From contig JABANN010000030.1 in the NCBI GenBank assembly GCA_013115125.1, positions 62,001-118,592 on the forward strand: DNA of 56,592 bases, given 5' to 3'. The translations under genes were made by a program, and so were the position numbers. Shown here piece by piece: positions 25,217-38,200 of this stretch. The notes under the pieces were generated by a model. It was not told the origin of the DNA, searched no databases, and was given only the letters and a program-made list of their open reading frames with translations. Each line of letters begins with the position of its first letter. Within the stretch, counting starts at the first letter, position 1. Origin of the DNA: Perkinsus olseni. Lineage: Eukaryota.

Positions 25217-25301
25217 ACGCATTAGCTTCCTCAACTTGTGTGTACTCGTCCGGCCCCTTTACGCTCTATTTTGAGTGTCTTCTTCTTTTGGAGATTATCC
25301 C

Positions 25302-28300
25302 ATGCCTCAAAAGGTGGCGAAATCTCAGGATAAACCACCGGAAAAGGCGGGTGTGGAGCAGTGGACTCCATTTGACCATCCCCATTACGTACAATTTAAC
25401 GCCCCTGTCGACGCCTGGGGTGCTCGTCTACTCAACGACAGCGTTAAACCTCATGTTGATTCCTTCAACCTATTCGTAATAACGGGGTGGGCCATAGGGG
25501 GAGCGGGAATGGGAATTTAGCGCAGACCTCGGGATAGGGAAGCGTCGCCGAGACGGTTCAGGTGGAAAGAATCCTACTGTCCTTCTCAGACCAACGAGAT
25601 CCTCGGGCTCATGCCTGATGACATCTCCCCGGCCGAGATGACATGGCATGACGGTACGACCGTCCGCTGCTGGCTGTCGGACCTGGCCCTACACCAACCC
25701 ATTCGTGGGGAGGACGTCCTCGACCCTCGCCTCCTACCCACGCACTGTCGCCAAGCTCATATTACGTATTCCGGCGAGCTTTCGGGGACGGTTAATGTAT
25801 CGCTCGGCACTGGCGAGCCACCGGTCCAGATGGCCCGGGTACCGCTGGGGTTGGTCCCCATTATGGTCCGCTCCGAGGCGTGTCACCTGCACGGGATGCC
25901 GCCCTCGAAGATGGTCCAGTGCGGAGAGGATCCCGACGAGAGGGGCGGCTACTTCATCGTCAACGGTAACGAGAAGGTCGTACGTCTGCTGATTATGCCC
26001 AAGAGCAACTTCCCTGTTGCTCTCTACCGGCCTAGCTTCTCTAATAGAGGTACTATGGGCTGGTATCAAGTACACTGTGGACGGTGGACCTCCACCCTAC
26101 GATTGAGTGTTCAGCATGCTCCTCTTAGGGCCTCTGTACTCGGCCTATGCAGTCCAGATGCGATCCATGAGGCCCGACCTCACCACCCAGACGGTCACTA
26201 TGCACTACAGGAAGGATGGAACGTGTTGGGTGGGTGCTTCTCTGTAGGAAATGTACTTGAAGGATTATCTTCGCTCAGGTGAGGTTCACTTACCTCAAGA
26301 ATGAGTATCTCATCCCTCTCATGCTGCTGCTCAAGTGCCTCGCCCCTGACGAGCTCAACTCCGAGAGAAGCCTCTTCGAGGTAGTACCGGCTGTTCCCCT
26401 CGCTGTGCTAATGACGTTCTTTGTCAGCTCCTCTGCGATGGCCTCATGGCTGATACGTTCGTTGCCGAGCGTGTTACGTGTATGCTGGAGCAAATGAGAA
26501 CGCATCCTGAGCTCAAGCACGTCCACTCCCGGGAGGACGCTCTCTACTACCTGGGCTCCAAGTTCGAGGTGGTCTTCCGAGAGAAACGTGGAGCTGGGGT
26601 AAGCAGGAGGATGATTCGTTGTAGGGGCTTTACGGCTTCTATCAGGTCTCGCTGGATGGTATCGCTCTTGAGGTCGATGACTCTGCTATGAGTCCGGTCG
26701 AGAAGTCGGTATCAGTGGCCCGGCGTCTGTTGGATTCTCTCGTGCTCGTCCACTGTCCCAAGGGTGCTGAAGGCGGCAAGGCTAAGGTACTAGTGAGGAT
26801 AATTTCGTGGCGCGCGACAGGATATTTCGCCATCAGGTTGACTGCCTGGTGCTTATCTTCCGTAAGCTGATGGCTCTGGTTCGTGGAGATATTGCCCCGG
26901 ATAATGCCGATGCTATGGACGTCCAGGAGCTCCTACTTCCTGGTCAACTCTTCGGGGCCCTCCTCAAGGAGGTCCTCCAATCCTCTCTACTGAGACTTGA
27001 AGGAGCCTTAGCGAAGAAGTCTCGACAGGCGCAGGTCGGCAAGGGCCGCGCCCCCACCGTCCTCTCCGCTGAGCTGATTCGGAACACCTTCATGGGTGTC
27101 TGCGATGTCACCAAGCGAATGGAAAGCTTCCTGGCCACCGGCAACCTCACTTCAAGGAGTGGCCTCGACTTGCAGCAGACCACCGGTTTCACGGTGGTTG
27201 CTGATAAGCTCAACGCCTACCGTTACCTGTCCCACTTCAGAGCAGTGCACAGAGGCTCCTTCTTCCAGGAGATGAAGACAACTTCGGTGCGTAAGTTGCT
27301 GCCTGAAACCTGGGGATTCCTCTGCCCTGTGCACACTCCCGATGGTACGCCTTGCGGTCTGTTGAACCATCTCGCGGCCCCCTGCCAACCTGTGGTTAGA
27401 GTAGCCTCTCCGGAAGGTGTGATCCCGGGCCTCGAAGCGGAGCTGGCCTCTCTGGGCGTACAGTTGGTTCGTAGCAGCAAGACTTCTACGGCTAACTACG
27501 GTGCTGGAGAGAACGCTTATGTCACTCTGGACGGTCGCGTGCTCGGCAAGGTGGCCAGGAGCCGCCTGGAGCCCGTTGCGGAAGAGCTAAGGAGGCTCAA
27601 GATTGACAAGAATTGTCCCGGCATACCCGCTGATCTTGAGATAGTGGCCTGCCAGATTCCGGCGTCCTTCGAGGGTCTGTGGCTCTTCACTGGTCCCTGC
27701 CGAATGGTGCGCCCAGTTCGCGATCTCAAGACTGGCAACGAGGAGCTGGTGGGCCCGATGGAGCAAGTCTTCCTTAAAATTGCCGCTACACGAGAGGACT
27801 TGGAGGCTTCTAAGAATAAGTCTGATATCCCTGAGAATATCCCCATCAAGTACACCCATATAGAGTTGAGCCCGATTTCGATGCTCTCGGTCATTGCCGG
27901 CCTCACCCCCTTCTCCAACCACAATCAGAGTCCCCGTAACATGTACCAATGCCAGATGCTTAAGCAGACTATGGCGATACCCTACTTGAACCATCCCTAT
28001 CGGACTGATAATAAGGTACGAAGGAGAACTCCTATGATGGGTAGTGCATCGTGTGATTCTTCTTAGGTCTACAAGATCACCTATCCCCAGTTCCCGATGG
28101 TCCGCACAACCGTCCTTAGCGAGGCCAACTTCGATGTCAAACCAGCAGGGACCAACGCTATCGTGGCAGTCATCGCTCACTCTGGTTTCGATATGGAGGA
28201 TGCCCTTATCATCTCCAAGGGCAGTTACGACAGAGGCTTCAAGCATGGCTCTGTGTACAAGACCAAGGTTATCAACTGTCCCCCTAAGGGCACCGTGGGC

Positions 28301-29806
28301 TCTCGTCTTACGCAGTTCCGTGCTGACAATCACAGCGTGAAGGGTGAGAAGGTCGTGAAGGATCTCGATTATGATGGTATACCGTACATCGGCCAGCAAG
28401 TGCGTGAGGGTGATCCAATCTGTCGTGTGCTCAACAAGGGCACGGGAGAGGCGAAGTTAGAGAAGTACAAGGAAGGAGAGGTCGCCTGGGTAGAGCAAGT
28501 GAACATGATTGGCGGTGGTGGATGGTGGGGTGGTGGAGCTGGCGCTAGGAATCCTGGCGGCATCAAGGATGGCTCAGAGAGGATGTCCATCAAGCTCAGG
28601 CTTCCAAGGTACGAGTGATGAACTTGGTTTCGGGTCGCGCTTTCTGGACTTACCCCGTCATTCAGAAATCCTGTCGTTGGTGATAAGTTCTCATCCCGAC
28701 ATGGTCAGAAGGGTGTTATGGCTATCCTTTGGCCGCAAGCTGATATGCCCTTCAGTGGTGAGGCCTTCCGCCTGTGAACGGCGAGCCAGCTCTACGGTGC
28801 GTCCCCTTTCAGGCACTTCTGGTATCTCCCCTGATATCATGTTCAATCCTCACGGAATGCCCAGTCGAATGACCATCGGTAGGGTGGCTTACAGTAGTTG
28901 CTGTGCTCTCGCCAAGGTCCTCATCAGGTATGCTTATCGAGTTCATGGCCGGCAAGGCTGCTGCTCTGACGGGTATGCCTGTGGTCAACGCCAACAGCTT
29001 CCGTCAGTACCGCGGTAAGGGGCTACTTGATACTGAGCACAACAACGAGAAGGACCCCTATGCCCCTGGCGACACTACGGCCCACGAGTACTTCGGAGAG
29101 ACACTGAAGAAGTAGTCATACCGGAGACGAGGGAAGCTTCATGCATGTGTTTTGGCAAGGTTCGGTTATGAGTATCTTGGAGCTGAGGAGCTGTACTCTG
29201 GTATGCATGGAGTGCCGTTGAAGACGCATATCTACATGGGAGTGGTGTATTATCAGCGACTGAGGCATATGGTAAAAGATTGGTAAATGAGCTGGTCCGT
29301 GGTCATCTCTGTACGTTAGGTTCTCGATAAGTTCCAGGTCCGTGCTACGGGTCCGATCGATCCCCTTACTCGACAGCCGGTGAAGGGTCGTAAGAAGCAC
29401 GGTGGTGTTCGTTTCGGAGAGATGGAACGTGATTCCCTGATCTCCCATGGAACATCAGCTCTTCTTGCTGACCGTCTACTCAAATGCTCTGATGCCTGCG
29501 AGGACTGGGTGTGCCCCGAGTGCGGATCGATACTATCCTATGCTCACTCACCAGAAACTGTGAAGCGCTATAGCGGCAGAGAAGCAGCTGCACAGGCACC
29601 CATATGCCGAGCATGCTCAACGGAGAGGGTGAGTTATCGAGAAGGGATCTCGGTGCTTGTGTGCGTCTGGTTGTTGGAATTTCTATTTTCAGGGAATCGA
29701 AGTGCGCTGCGCTGCCGTTACCCTCCCCTACGTATTCCGGTACATGTCCGCCGAGTTTGCCAGTATGAACATCCGCTTGAGGCTTCGGGTGCAGGAAGAC
29801 TACTAA
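25302..29806 (+). CDS. RPA2: DNA-directed RNA polymerase I second-largest subunit, many introns
   Basis: Motifs include [20 protein letters not shown], the Pol I-type [20 protein letters not shown]...[65 protein letters not shown] and the terminal LPYVFRY...MNI. Confidence 0.96.
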
Positions 29807-30281
29807 GAGCCTTTCGATGTGCAGCATTAGCCAAATTCGCTGCCATCAGTACCATACAACGGAACAGTACGTCCGTTATGCGTACTGAAACGTCGAGTCA
29901 CGATATTCCCATTATTTTCATCACTGAAACTCGCCTAATGGCATCACGATTCCTGCTACGTTTTACCAATGTCTCCATCAGAATCTGTCGTTACTTTGAT
30001 GAGACGTCTGGTTTCGGTGAGCATTCCCGAAGTGTCTTGCGTTGGTGTGTCAGTGAAGGTGGGCGATGACTCGACTATACGTCCGAGTCCCACGGTTTGT
30101 ACGTGTTGCTGACGAGTGGCGACGATGACGGGTACTGAGACTCAGTAACTGAGTTGTTATATAATGCCGAATCGAGAAATACCGCTCTACTCGATCTGAA
30201 TGGGCTCAATCGAACAGTGCAAGACGAGCCACAATGCTGAAGCACGAGAAGGGTCTAACCACCTCTAACGTCAAAGAATGA

Positions 30282-30354
30282 TTCCGATGCGAGGACTCGA
30301 ACCCCGGTCGCGTGGGTGAGAGCCACGAATCCTAACCAGCTAGACTACATCGGA
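30282..30354 (-). tRNA. tRNA-Glu (anticodon CTC)
   Basis: The sequence TCCGATGTAGTCTAGCTGGTTAGGATTCGTGGCTCTCACCCACGCGACCGGGGTTCGAGTCCTCGCATCGGAA folds as a cloverleaf. The anticodon arm is CGTGG-CTCTCAC-CCACG. Confidence 0.97.
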
Positions 30355-30593
30355 AGCTGAGTGTCAGGCCATTGTCCAACAGACACCCATCTAACTCAAG
30401 ACAACGTAGAGGAAATAACGATTCACTTTAGCCTATGATGACTAGCGCACACGGAGCAGCTTCCCAGAGCAGGCCATATCAACCGAAACCACATTAGATG
30501 ACGAGGAAGCTATTCTCGGCCAAGTCTGACCCCCTGAGTAACGCGGACGTCTCCATTGCGCAGGTCGCTGTTGCGCGATCGGAAATCTCCTCT

Positions 30594-32081
30594 TCACGAA
30601 CTCGACGACGAACTAGACCCCGAGATCATCTCAACGTATCTTCTCGCCAGAAGCCTTTTGATCAGGGCTTTCCAAGCGAGCTTCGCTAAGTGCTCCTCCT
30701 TAGAATGTTCAGCTGCTTTCCTACTACAACTCTCTTCCTCCATAGCATTCCTCAGTGCGCTGGCATGAGATATCGCGACAACCTGAAAAAAGAGATGATC
30801 GCTCAATAGAAGAGCGAAGACGCTATAAGAGAGCTGCAGAGTGAAGACGGTTCATATGACCCTAACCGATAGTACCACTCCGCCGATCTGAGGCCTCTGC
30901 GCCATCCAGCCAACATGAGCCGGTGCCCAATGCTCGATCCCTTGCTCCTTGCACTTCCGAATAAGCCTCCGCAAGTTCTCGCCTTCAACACATTCCGAGC
31001 CTTCGGGAGGTTGTCGTCCGTCCGTCAGATCAACAAACCCGAATCTGTTAACTGGAATCTCGCCGTCAACTCCAACTGACTTATGCGGAGCTTCGACGGT
31101 TTGATCTTCCGAGTACAACCTAACGGTTTTCCCCTTGATACTGAGAACTCGCCGGCACTCGCACGACTCCGATGTCAAGACCAATCCTCGCCGTTCCCAC
31201 TGCGATTCTGACCTCAATCGCAGAACGTCTTTCCGCAGGTAGATGGGGTCTCGGCCCGAAAATACTCCCACGGGTCGCGCAGTGTCGACTAGGCTGTCGA
31301 ACCTCGTGAGCTGAGACTCCAGTATGTACGTGCCGCTGTTCTTAAACCCTTCCACACTCTTCGGAAGCTTCCCATCATCCTGTCCAGGTGGAATCCGTAG
31401 CCAGCTCAGTACCTTCAGCCGCCTAGAACTCCCGTACTTGGCGCTCGCATCAAAGAAGTCCCCGGCTTTCTTCTTTCCCACAACGACCCCTAGAGACCGC
31501 GACTTGCTAGGCGGAAACCCTACGGCCTGCCCCTTGTCAATCTCGAGCCATGGCATTGGGTACCCGGTGGCCGCCATAAAGATGGTGGCGTCCTCCTGGA
31601 GTACGGCTGAAGTTGCAGCGAGAGCCCCAACGTACGTCGACACGCCCATCTCGCTGAGGGCAAGCTCATCAGCTATTGACTCTGGCCCAGGCAAGGGGTC
31701 AAGGGTCAAATCGAGCGTAGACGGGTCCGACACCAGCCAGTAAGGGGGCCAAGGAGCCATCATAGGCGCATCATCGCAGGTGACGCCCAGGTCACACATT
31801 CGACCGGCGGCTGCTTTTTTTATAGACTCGGATTCAAAGCACAATCGAGCAAGGTTCTCGAGAGAGTTGAACCATACCATCACTTCCTTCCGAGAGACTG
31901 GCCGGCTGATCTTCCTTCTCTTCCGCGCTCGCGGACGCTCCACCTCCTCAACCTTACGTGGTTCTGCCGGCGTGGTAGACGCAGAGGCCATGTCGTCATC
32001 AAACGGCGAGGCCCAGTCGACGTCATCGTACTCCGATCCATCGGAGCTGCAATCCTCAGACGCGGATGAAGGCTCTTTCAT
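30594..32081 (-). CDS. XPC: Rad4/XPC-like DNA damage recognition protein (2 exons)
   Basis: Motifs resembling the BHD1-3 domains are present: YILESQL, PIYLRKDVLRLRSESQW, IPVNRFGFVDL, WAPAHVGW, PQIGGVV. The terminal exon contains AWKALIKRLL. Confidence 0.8.
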
Positions 32082-32210
32082 AGAGCGCAAAGATATACCA
32101 CTGAAATGAGCCCCCCCCCCGTGCTGCCAGAGTCCCGCACTGCCGTGAGACAGTCGAGTGAAGGTTCACGCTTCATTGACACTGCAACATCAACTCAAGA
32201 CGAGCCCAGG

Positions 32211-33853
32211 TTACGATGAATTGGCCTGAGGTTCAGCCCGAAACGGAGACTCCAGAAACTTGCTGGTTGCATGCTGATAATTGGTGGGCCTCAGCACGGA
32301 AGATTTGGACTCGCCTGTCGATCTTCCGATTGGAAGCATGACTATATCGATCCAGTAGGGCAGAGCGAATGCCTCCGTCACGATGTGGTAAGGGGGCGAG
32401 ACACTACCGTTGCTCCCATGGAGGGAACCCCTCAGAGTCTCCAGGCAACCCACGTGATCCCGCGTCGAGGCTATTTGGGCGAACGAGGATGACTGAAAAA
32501 AGAAAGTCAAGGAAATGCCCAGCCCGGAGAACCCACCGAAGCTTGAAGATCGGCTAACCTGACGCCATTAAGTACTCCACGGACAGCTTTGAGCTCCTCC
32601 AATGTAGGGTCCGATACCGGCCACATCCCGAGCATGCCGGTGATAATTTGATACTTGCACGCCTCGCTCAGATCGTCGGTGAAGGCCCTCCTCGCCAACA
32701 CCAGCACAACCGCGCGGAACAGCTGAGTAGACCTCGATAGAGCAGCTGACAGCATCAGCATTGTGAGCGCTGCGACAGATATGTTGATTCGGGAGTGCAG
32801 CCAGTGAGACGAGGAGGTCGGCGGAAGGAGCTCGAGCTTGGCAGCTGCGAGATAGACCTTGGCGATGTTGTCAGGCTCCTTGCCGTCCTTCAGGGTCTCC
32901 GACAACAGCCGCGACATAACCAGCCGAACCTTGTCGTCAGCCGGGTGCAATAGCGCTTTGGCAATGGCGTTCGCGATTAAAGCTGCCCAGTCGGGACGGA
33001 TGCGCCCCGCCGATCCTCCAGAGGAAAGTAATGTGGAGACTGTGCCAGTCAAGCGAGGCATCACATGCGATAGTCCCGGGGCTTCTATGGAGCCCTTCGA
33101 CCGCACAAATGCTGCCATGATCATGGCCAAGTCCCTCAGAGAGAGGTGGCTGAGATACACGTCGCGCGCCACGAAATTGCAGACCTCTTCAAACGCTCGT
33201 TGCCACGTTCTCTTATCGCTGTTGGAACCGAAAACCTCGAGCAAATTATACATCTCGCCGGGCTTCAAGTTGGAAAGAATATCTCCAACGCCGTCAGTTT
33301 CGGCTAAGCAGCCGGCAGCAAAATCGACGTACTCCTCCACGGCCCTACGATGGAGCTTTCCCTTCGCTACCCAGAGGGACTGCGTGAGTAGCGGAGGGAA
33401 CTGACCGTATACAGAGGGACCCTGGTCGATCTGCCAGCTCAGTAACTCCTCCAAAAACGCATCAGAGTACACCCCGAATGATACTACCGCCCCAGACATG
33501 TCCAATGCACTGAGGTCGAGATATCGGCGGTCCCTGAGTAGGTCGAAAGCCGCTTCCATGGTCGGCCTTGGTATCGCTCTCTTCTGAGCTGTAGTGAGCC
33601 CCGTAAAACACATGAGGATATCTCTAGCTGGCCGGCTTCTCGCGCTCTCACTTCTGACTAACCGGTCCAATTTGGCAGCACCTAGTGGTCCGGCAGCGGC
33701 CGTGGCGAACGGCCTCCGAGCGGGAGAGCAGGACTGTTGCATTCCCGGAAGGAGGGACTGTGAAAGGGAGAGCCGACCGATGAAGCCGCAGAAGCAAGAT
33801 AGACACTCGAGCAGCCTCCCTGAACTCAACACGGGTAAGTAGGAGTCGATCAC
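32211..33853 (-). CDS. Probable organellar helical-repeat / RAP-like protein
   Basis: A 448-aa helical ORF has a presequence-like segment (RRPFATAAA). The final exon contains TEAFALPYWIDIV, resembling a RAP-like nuclease-fold end. The start is uncertain. Confidence 0.55.
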
Positions 33854-34025
33854 ATTGGTTCAAAAGTCACGACCTAGGCACCGGAAGATCCCCCATAAGC
33901 GGGCATTGGTCCAGTGCTTAGTCTTTAGTATTTCGAGCAAGTTTTACACGAAGAGCATTCGGCGTAACCTTCAAACTCATAATATAAACCATAGAGGAAC
34001 GGCGAGATGATGTTAGAGAGCAAGC

Positions 34026-35029
34026 CTACGGTCTAGTCTCGGAGCCGGCAACAAACGGGTTGCCCTTCACTTCATCCGTCCCCTGCTCCCATGGCTGCTT
34101 CTTTCCCGATCCAAATACCGGTGACTCAGGGCGTCTGGGTAGAGGCGGCGTGTATGACACTTGACCATTCCGGCTTGGAACCGGACTCTCCGATCGGCCC
34201 GCCGGTAGCCGAGCCTCCCCAGCTGAATGAGAAAGCCACATCACTCAAACGATATCGGCGCGATTCACCCATTACCTGCATCACGGGCAGCGGCTGGTTG
34301 TTGTCTTGCAGAGCCGTCCTCCAAGGCCTCCTCATTCACGAGGGGTCTCTGCATAGAGGCAGGACCGGCATGGCGATACTCTTCCTCACTGGTGTGATTA
34401 TTATTGCGGAGATGTTGCATGTTGCTACCGGTGAAGAAGCCAAGTGATTGTATCAAGTAGAGTACAGCAATGACGAAGCCGAGCTGAGACAGAGAAAGAC
34501 TGGCGAGAGGAAGAGGCGGAGAGCCGCTTACTATGCCGAGCCACATTGCTATGGACTCGAAGGTCGCCGAGTACCTATGCCCTCCGATGATATACCCACC
34601 GATGATCACATACCTGAGGTTACGACGAAAAGTCCCGCCGCGGCCCCACCACACGCCGAGCACTTACAGGCAAAGTCTGAGGCAGTCGTGCTTGAACTGC
34701 TGCCACGCTGTCAGCCCTTCACGATTCTTGAATGTACGCAGTGTCCTGAGGGAGGAAGAGCGTGCGATCTCAACCCCTTCGAGTAGCCCGAGGACTCACT
34801 CGTAGGTGCTGTAGGCTCCCAAGGCCAGTAGAAGCATCCCCTCACAGACGTTGTGAATCTTCACTAGGATGTCAGCATCCTTAGGGGCCGTCTCCTTCCC
34901 CGTTTTCGGGTATACTAGGTAAATGCCGAGGACGGTGACCCCTACCCAAAAGACCACTGCGAGGACACGGGACGTCAGGCTGAGCTTAGCCATTGCCCCC
35001 TCTCTCGAAGACTCGTGCGTTGATGGCAT
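34026..35029 (-). CDS. Hypothetical multi-pass membrane protein, multi-exon
   Basis: About four hydrophobic segments lie across ORFs 34796-35047 and 34265-34663, followed by a Pro/Ser-rich tail ending at 34026. Confidence 0.55.
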
Positions 35030-35244
35030 GTTAGTATTGGAAATCACTACATGATCGGTTGAATGCGGAGACCCCCCCCCTCTACTAGTGGACTCAACTG
35101 ACGCAAGACCCGGGCGGACGCGGGAGAATCACGCTCGATCAAACAATGAAGATTGGTTCGCACGAGTAAATTTTCCACTCAGCAGCGTAAATAGTTACAT
35201 AAAAATGATCACATTTTCTGGGGTGTGTTCACCGGGCGATGGAG

Positions 35245-38200
35245 TCACAGCTCATCGTCGGCACGCCGGTGCCTGGCATCAACGCTAGCACTCTCCTCCT
35301 CCTCCTCCTCCTCCTCCTCCTCCTCGAGTACCCCGATGGGTTCGAAGCCCATGTCTCCCACGAGGCTGGCAGTGTGGACCTGCTTGAACGTCTCAGTGGC
35401 GTCCTTACCGCAGCCCTCCTCGATGGCCGACGACCCTCCGGGATGCTCGCTAGAGTAGTCGCTGAAGTCGTACACCGAACCGTACAGGGCGATCCAGCAG
35501 TCGCTCGGGGAGTTGTGCCCAGCAAGCTCTACTAAGCCGACACTCTTTCTCGTAGGCGCACGCTGCTCAGGCTGCCGAGGCTGGTCAACATCAATGTGCC
35601 CTTCAACAGGCAATCGGTCACCAATCCTCTTCCCAAAAACGGCACACTCAAGCAAGGAGTTGCCACCGAGTCGGTTCCGTCCATGAACGCCGCCAGCGAC
35701 CTCCCCGGCAGCCCAGAGGCCATCGATTACATTACTCGCAGTGTCGAGAACGTGCCCATCGGTGTCGATGCTGATGCCGCCCATGGTGTAGTGAATCACT
35801 GGGGTGACTTTTCCGACGAAGTAGCGACCATTGGAGGATGCCGGCGCAGACTCCTTCCAGGCATCGCCGCCGACAAACTTCACTGCGCCACGAAAATCAA
35901 CTTCCTGCAGGAGACCCCTAGAGCTGTACATCGTGATGTGCCTCTTGGCCGGGCCATCAATTGCGTCGTACGGTAGGAGGATGCTGAAGGCCCTCGATGC
36001 GCCACCCGTCTCATCCGCCCTCTCTAGCATCTTGGCCGTGACGTACTTCCGCGTACCAAGCTCGTCACAGAAGCGCTGACCATTTTGGTCTAGCAGCACC
36101 CCACCGACGCCCCTAAGGATCTCAGCAGCAAGGACTTTGGTACGTGCACCAGGGTCCTTGGGGTCGATGAACCCCGTGGGGTGAAGCTGAACCTGGTCCA
36201 TGTCCCTCAGACCAGCATCGGCATCGCGTACCGCTATTTTTATGCCATCACCAGTAGTGTGGGGTCCGAGAGTAGTGGGGAAGTCCAGTAAGTCAGGCCT
36301 ATACTCAGCCATCAGGGAGCCGCTCGACACATCAAAACCGAAGCCACCGGTAGCCAACACCACCGAGTTACTCAGGACCTCGATCGTCTCCTCGTTGTCG
36401 CCGATGGTATATCGCACGCCTTCGACAGTCTTATGCTCCGTCGAATGGTCGACTATCAGCCCAACCAACTGAGCGTTGTTAATAACATCAATATTAGGCA
36501 TTTTGTGAGCAACCTTCGAGCCAGCAGCAGTGAGCTCCGCACCGATGATACCTCCTTGTGGTCGTACTGTTCGCGGCCTAGAATGGCCTCCCAGCTTTAC
36601 CGGAGCGGACAGAGGCACACCGAACCGTTGCTCGACCCAGCGAACGGTATCGCGGGAATCATTCACCAGTACGTTGGCCAGTTCGGGATGCTCACAAGGT
36701 CCAAGGCCACTCTCACAACTGCGTACGGTGTCACTGAGGAAGGAGTCGTAGCACTCCTCTGTGGCGTCCATCCTCATATTGATCCCACTCGAGGCCTTCG
36801 CACTATTGCCACCTAGATGCTTGGACTTGTCCAAGAGCAGAACCCGGGCACCACGATCAGCTGAGGCGATTGCCGCACTCATGCCAGCGAGGCCGCCACC
36901 CACGACCACAACGTCGTAACTCCGTCGCGTATCCTTGGCAGTGCGCGGCTTCGACTTTAGATACCGCAGCGCATGACGACCAAACGCCTCGGCTGGGAAG
37001 CTCGCAGCCAAAGAAAGTACAGCTTCATCCTTATCGACTATGGCGTCCACGAGAAGGTCCTCGTCAGCCTGACTGAGAGGGAGCTCAGCGACGTACGACA
37101 GAGCTAGCTCCATGACCGACGCCCCCGAGTTGCTGAAGGCTGCCGCTGGGCGCGCCACACGAGCCACCAGCTTTCGCTGATCCTCGAGGTAAAGATTTGT
37201 GAGCCTGCCCACCTCCATCAGACCGTGGGAGAATTTGTGAACTGTGTTCACTAAGGCAACTATCTCATCCCGGGAGAGGGCCGAGGGCAAGAGGGACACA
37301 TCGGGAGTGAGGAGAATCTTCAAGGTCGTACCCAGCCCTAGCAGAGTAACCTTCGAATGCAGCCGGCACCGACGGCAGCGGACGCAGTTGGTCAAGGCGG
37401 TGATATTCTGGAAGACAGACTTGAACTGCTCCGCCAGCTGGCGCCTATCTGCCCGGTCCGCCGGGAAGAGACTATCCTCGTCGAAGCCCTGGAAAACAGG
37501 GGAGCAGAGCTTCATCTCGGAGGCGTCCAACAGATGCTTCATCAGCTTCTGTGTATTCTCGTCATTTGCCGGTTCGCCAGTCGAGTACTCCCAATTGTAC
37601 AGGACAGGTTTGGCCTTATGCAGGGCCCTCAAGGTCACCAGATACGCAAAGTTGAGATTCTTCAGCCAATCGGGATGCTTGCCGACCGTGGCCATGAACT
37701 TCTCATTATTCGGCTTCCACGCAACCTCGCCCTTCTTGGGTGGATAATAGTTAGCCAAGACCTGTATTGTGGTTGATTCGTGCATCCCCGAGAGAAGCCT
37801 CTGCAGGACACGCTCTTCATAGCAGTACCCACCAGTACCCAATCCTCGCCCTATACTCACACAGTTTTCGGCGTCAATGGCCTCCCATATGTGAGAGCCA
37901 TTGTAGCCAGTATTATGCTCAGGGTTCAACAGAAGATTCACGTAGTCGAGCTTGTCACTCGCCCGAGGAGGGCGACATATGTCGAACCAAAAATCAGGTT
38001 TGATGCTGCCATCATCAGCATCATCCAAGTCGTCGTCGAACTCGCCCTCGATCACGCTTGACTCAGAGTCGGTGATGAAAGGGTTCACCTCGTTGCCAAT
38101 CGGTTCTATGCTGCAGAGGGAGGCACCACCGCCCGCGGGACTCGACGAAGAGCCAAAACCAAAAGCGGCTGCCGCGCCGCCTGGAGGGGAGGACCCGCAC

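Noticed and set aside
25139-25260. Permuted or trans-spliced tRNA built from the 3'-half fragments
   Set aside because: No complementary 5' half (GATGGTC- or GCAACCG-starting) was found next to either fragment, and their T-stems are mispaired.
27587-28399. 270-aa antisense ORF within RPA2
   Set aside because: It is the shadow of a conserved gene with biased codon usage and has no recognisable motifs.
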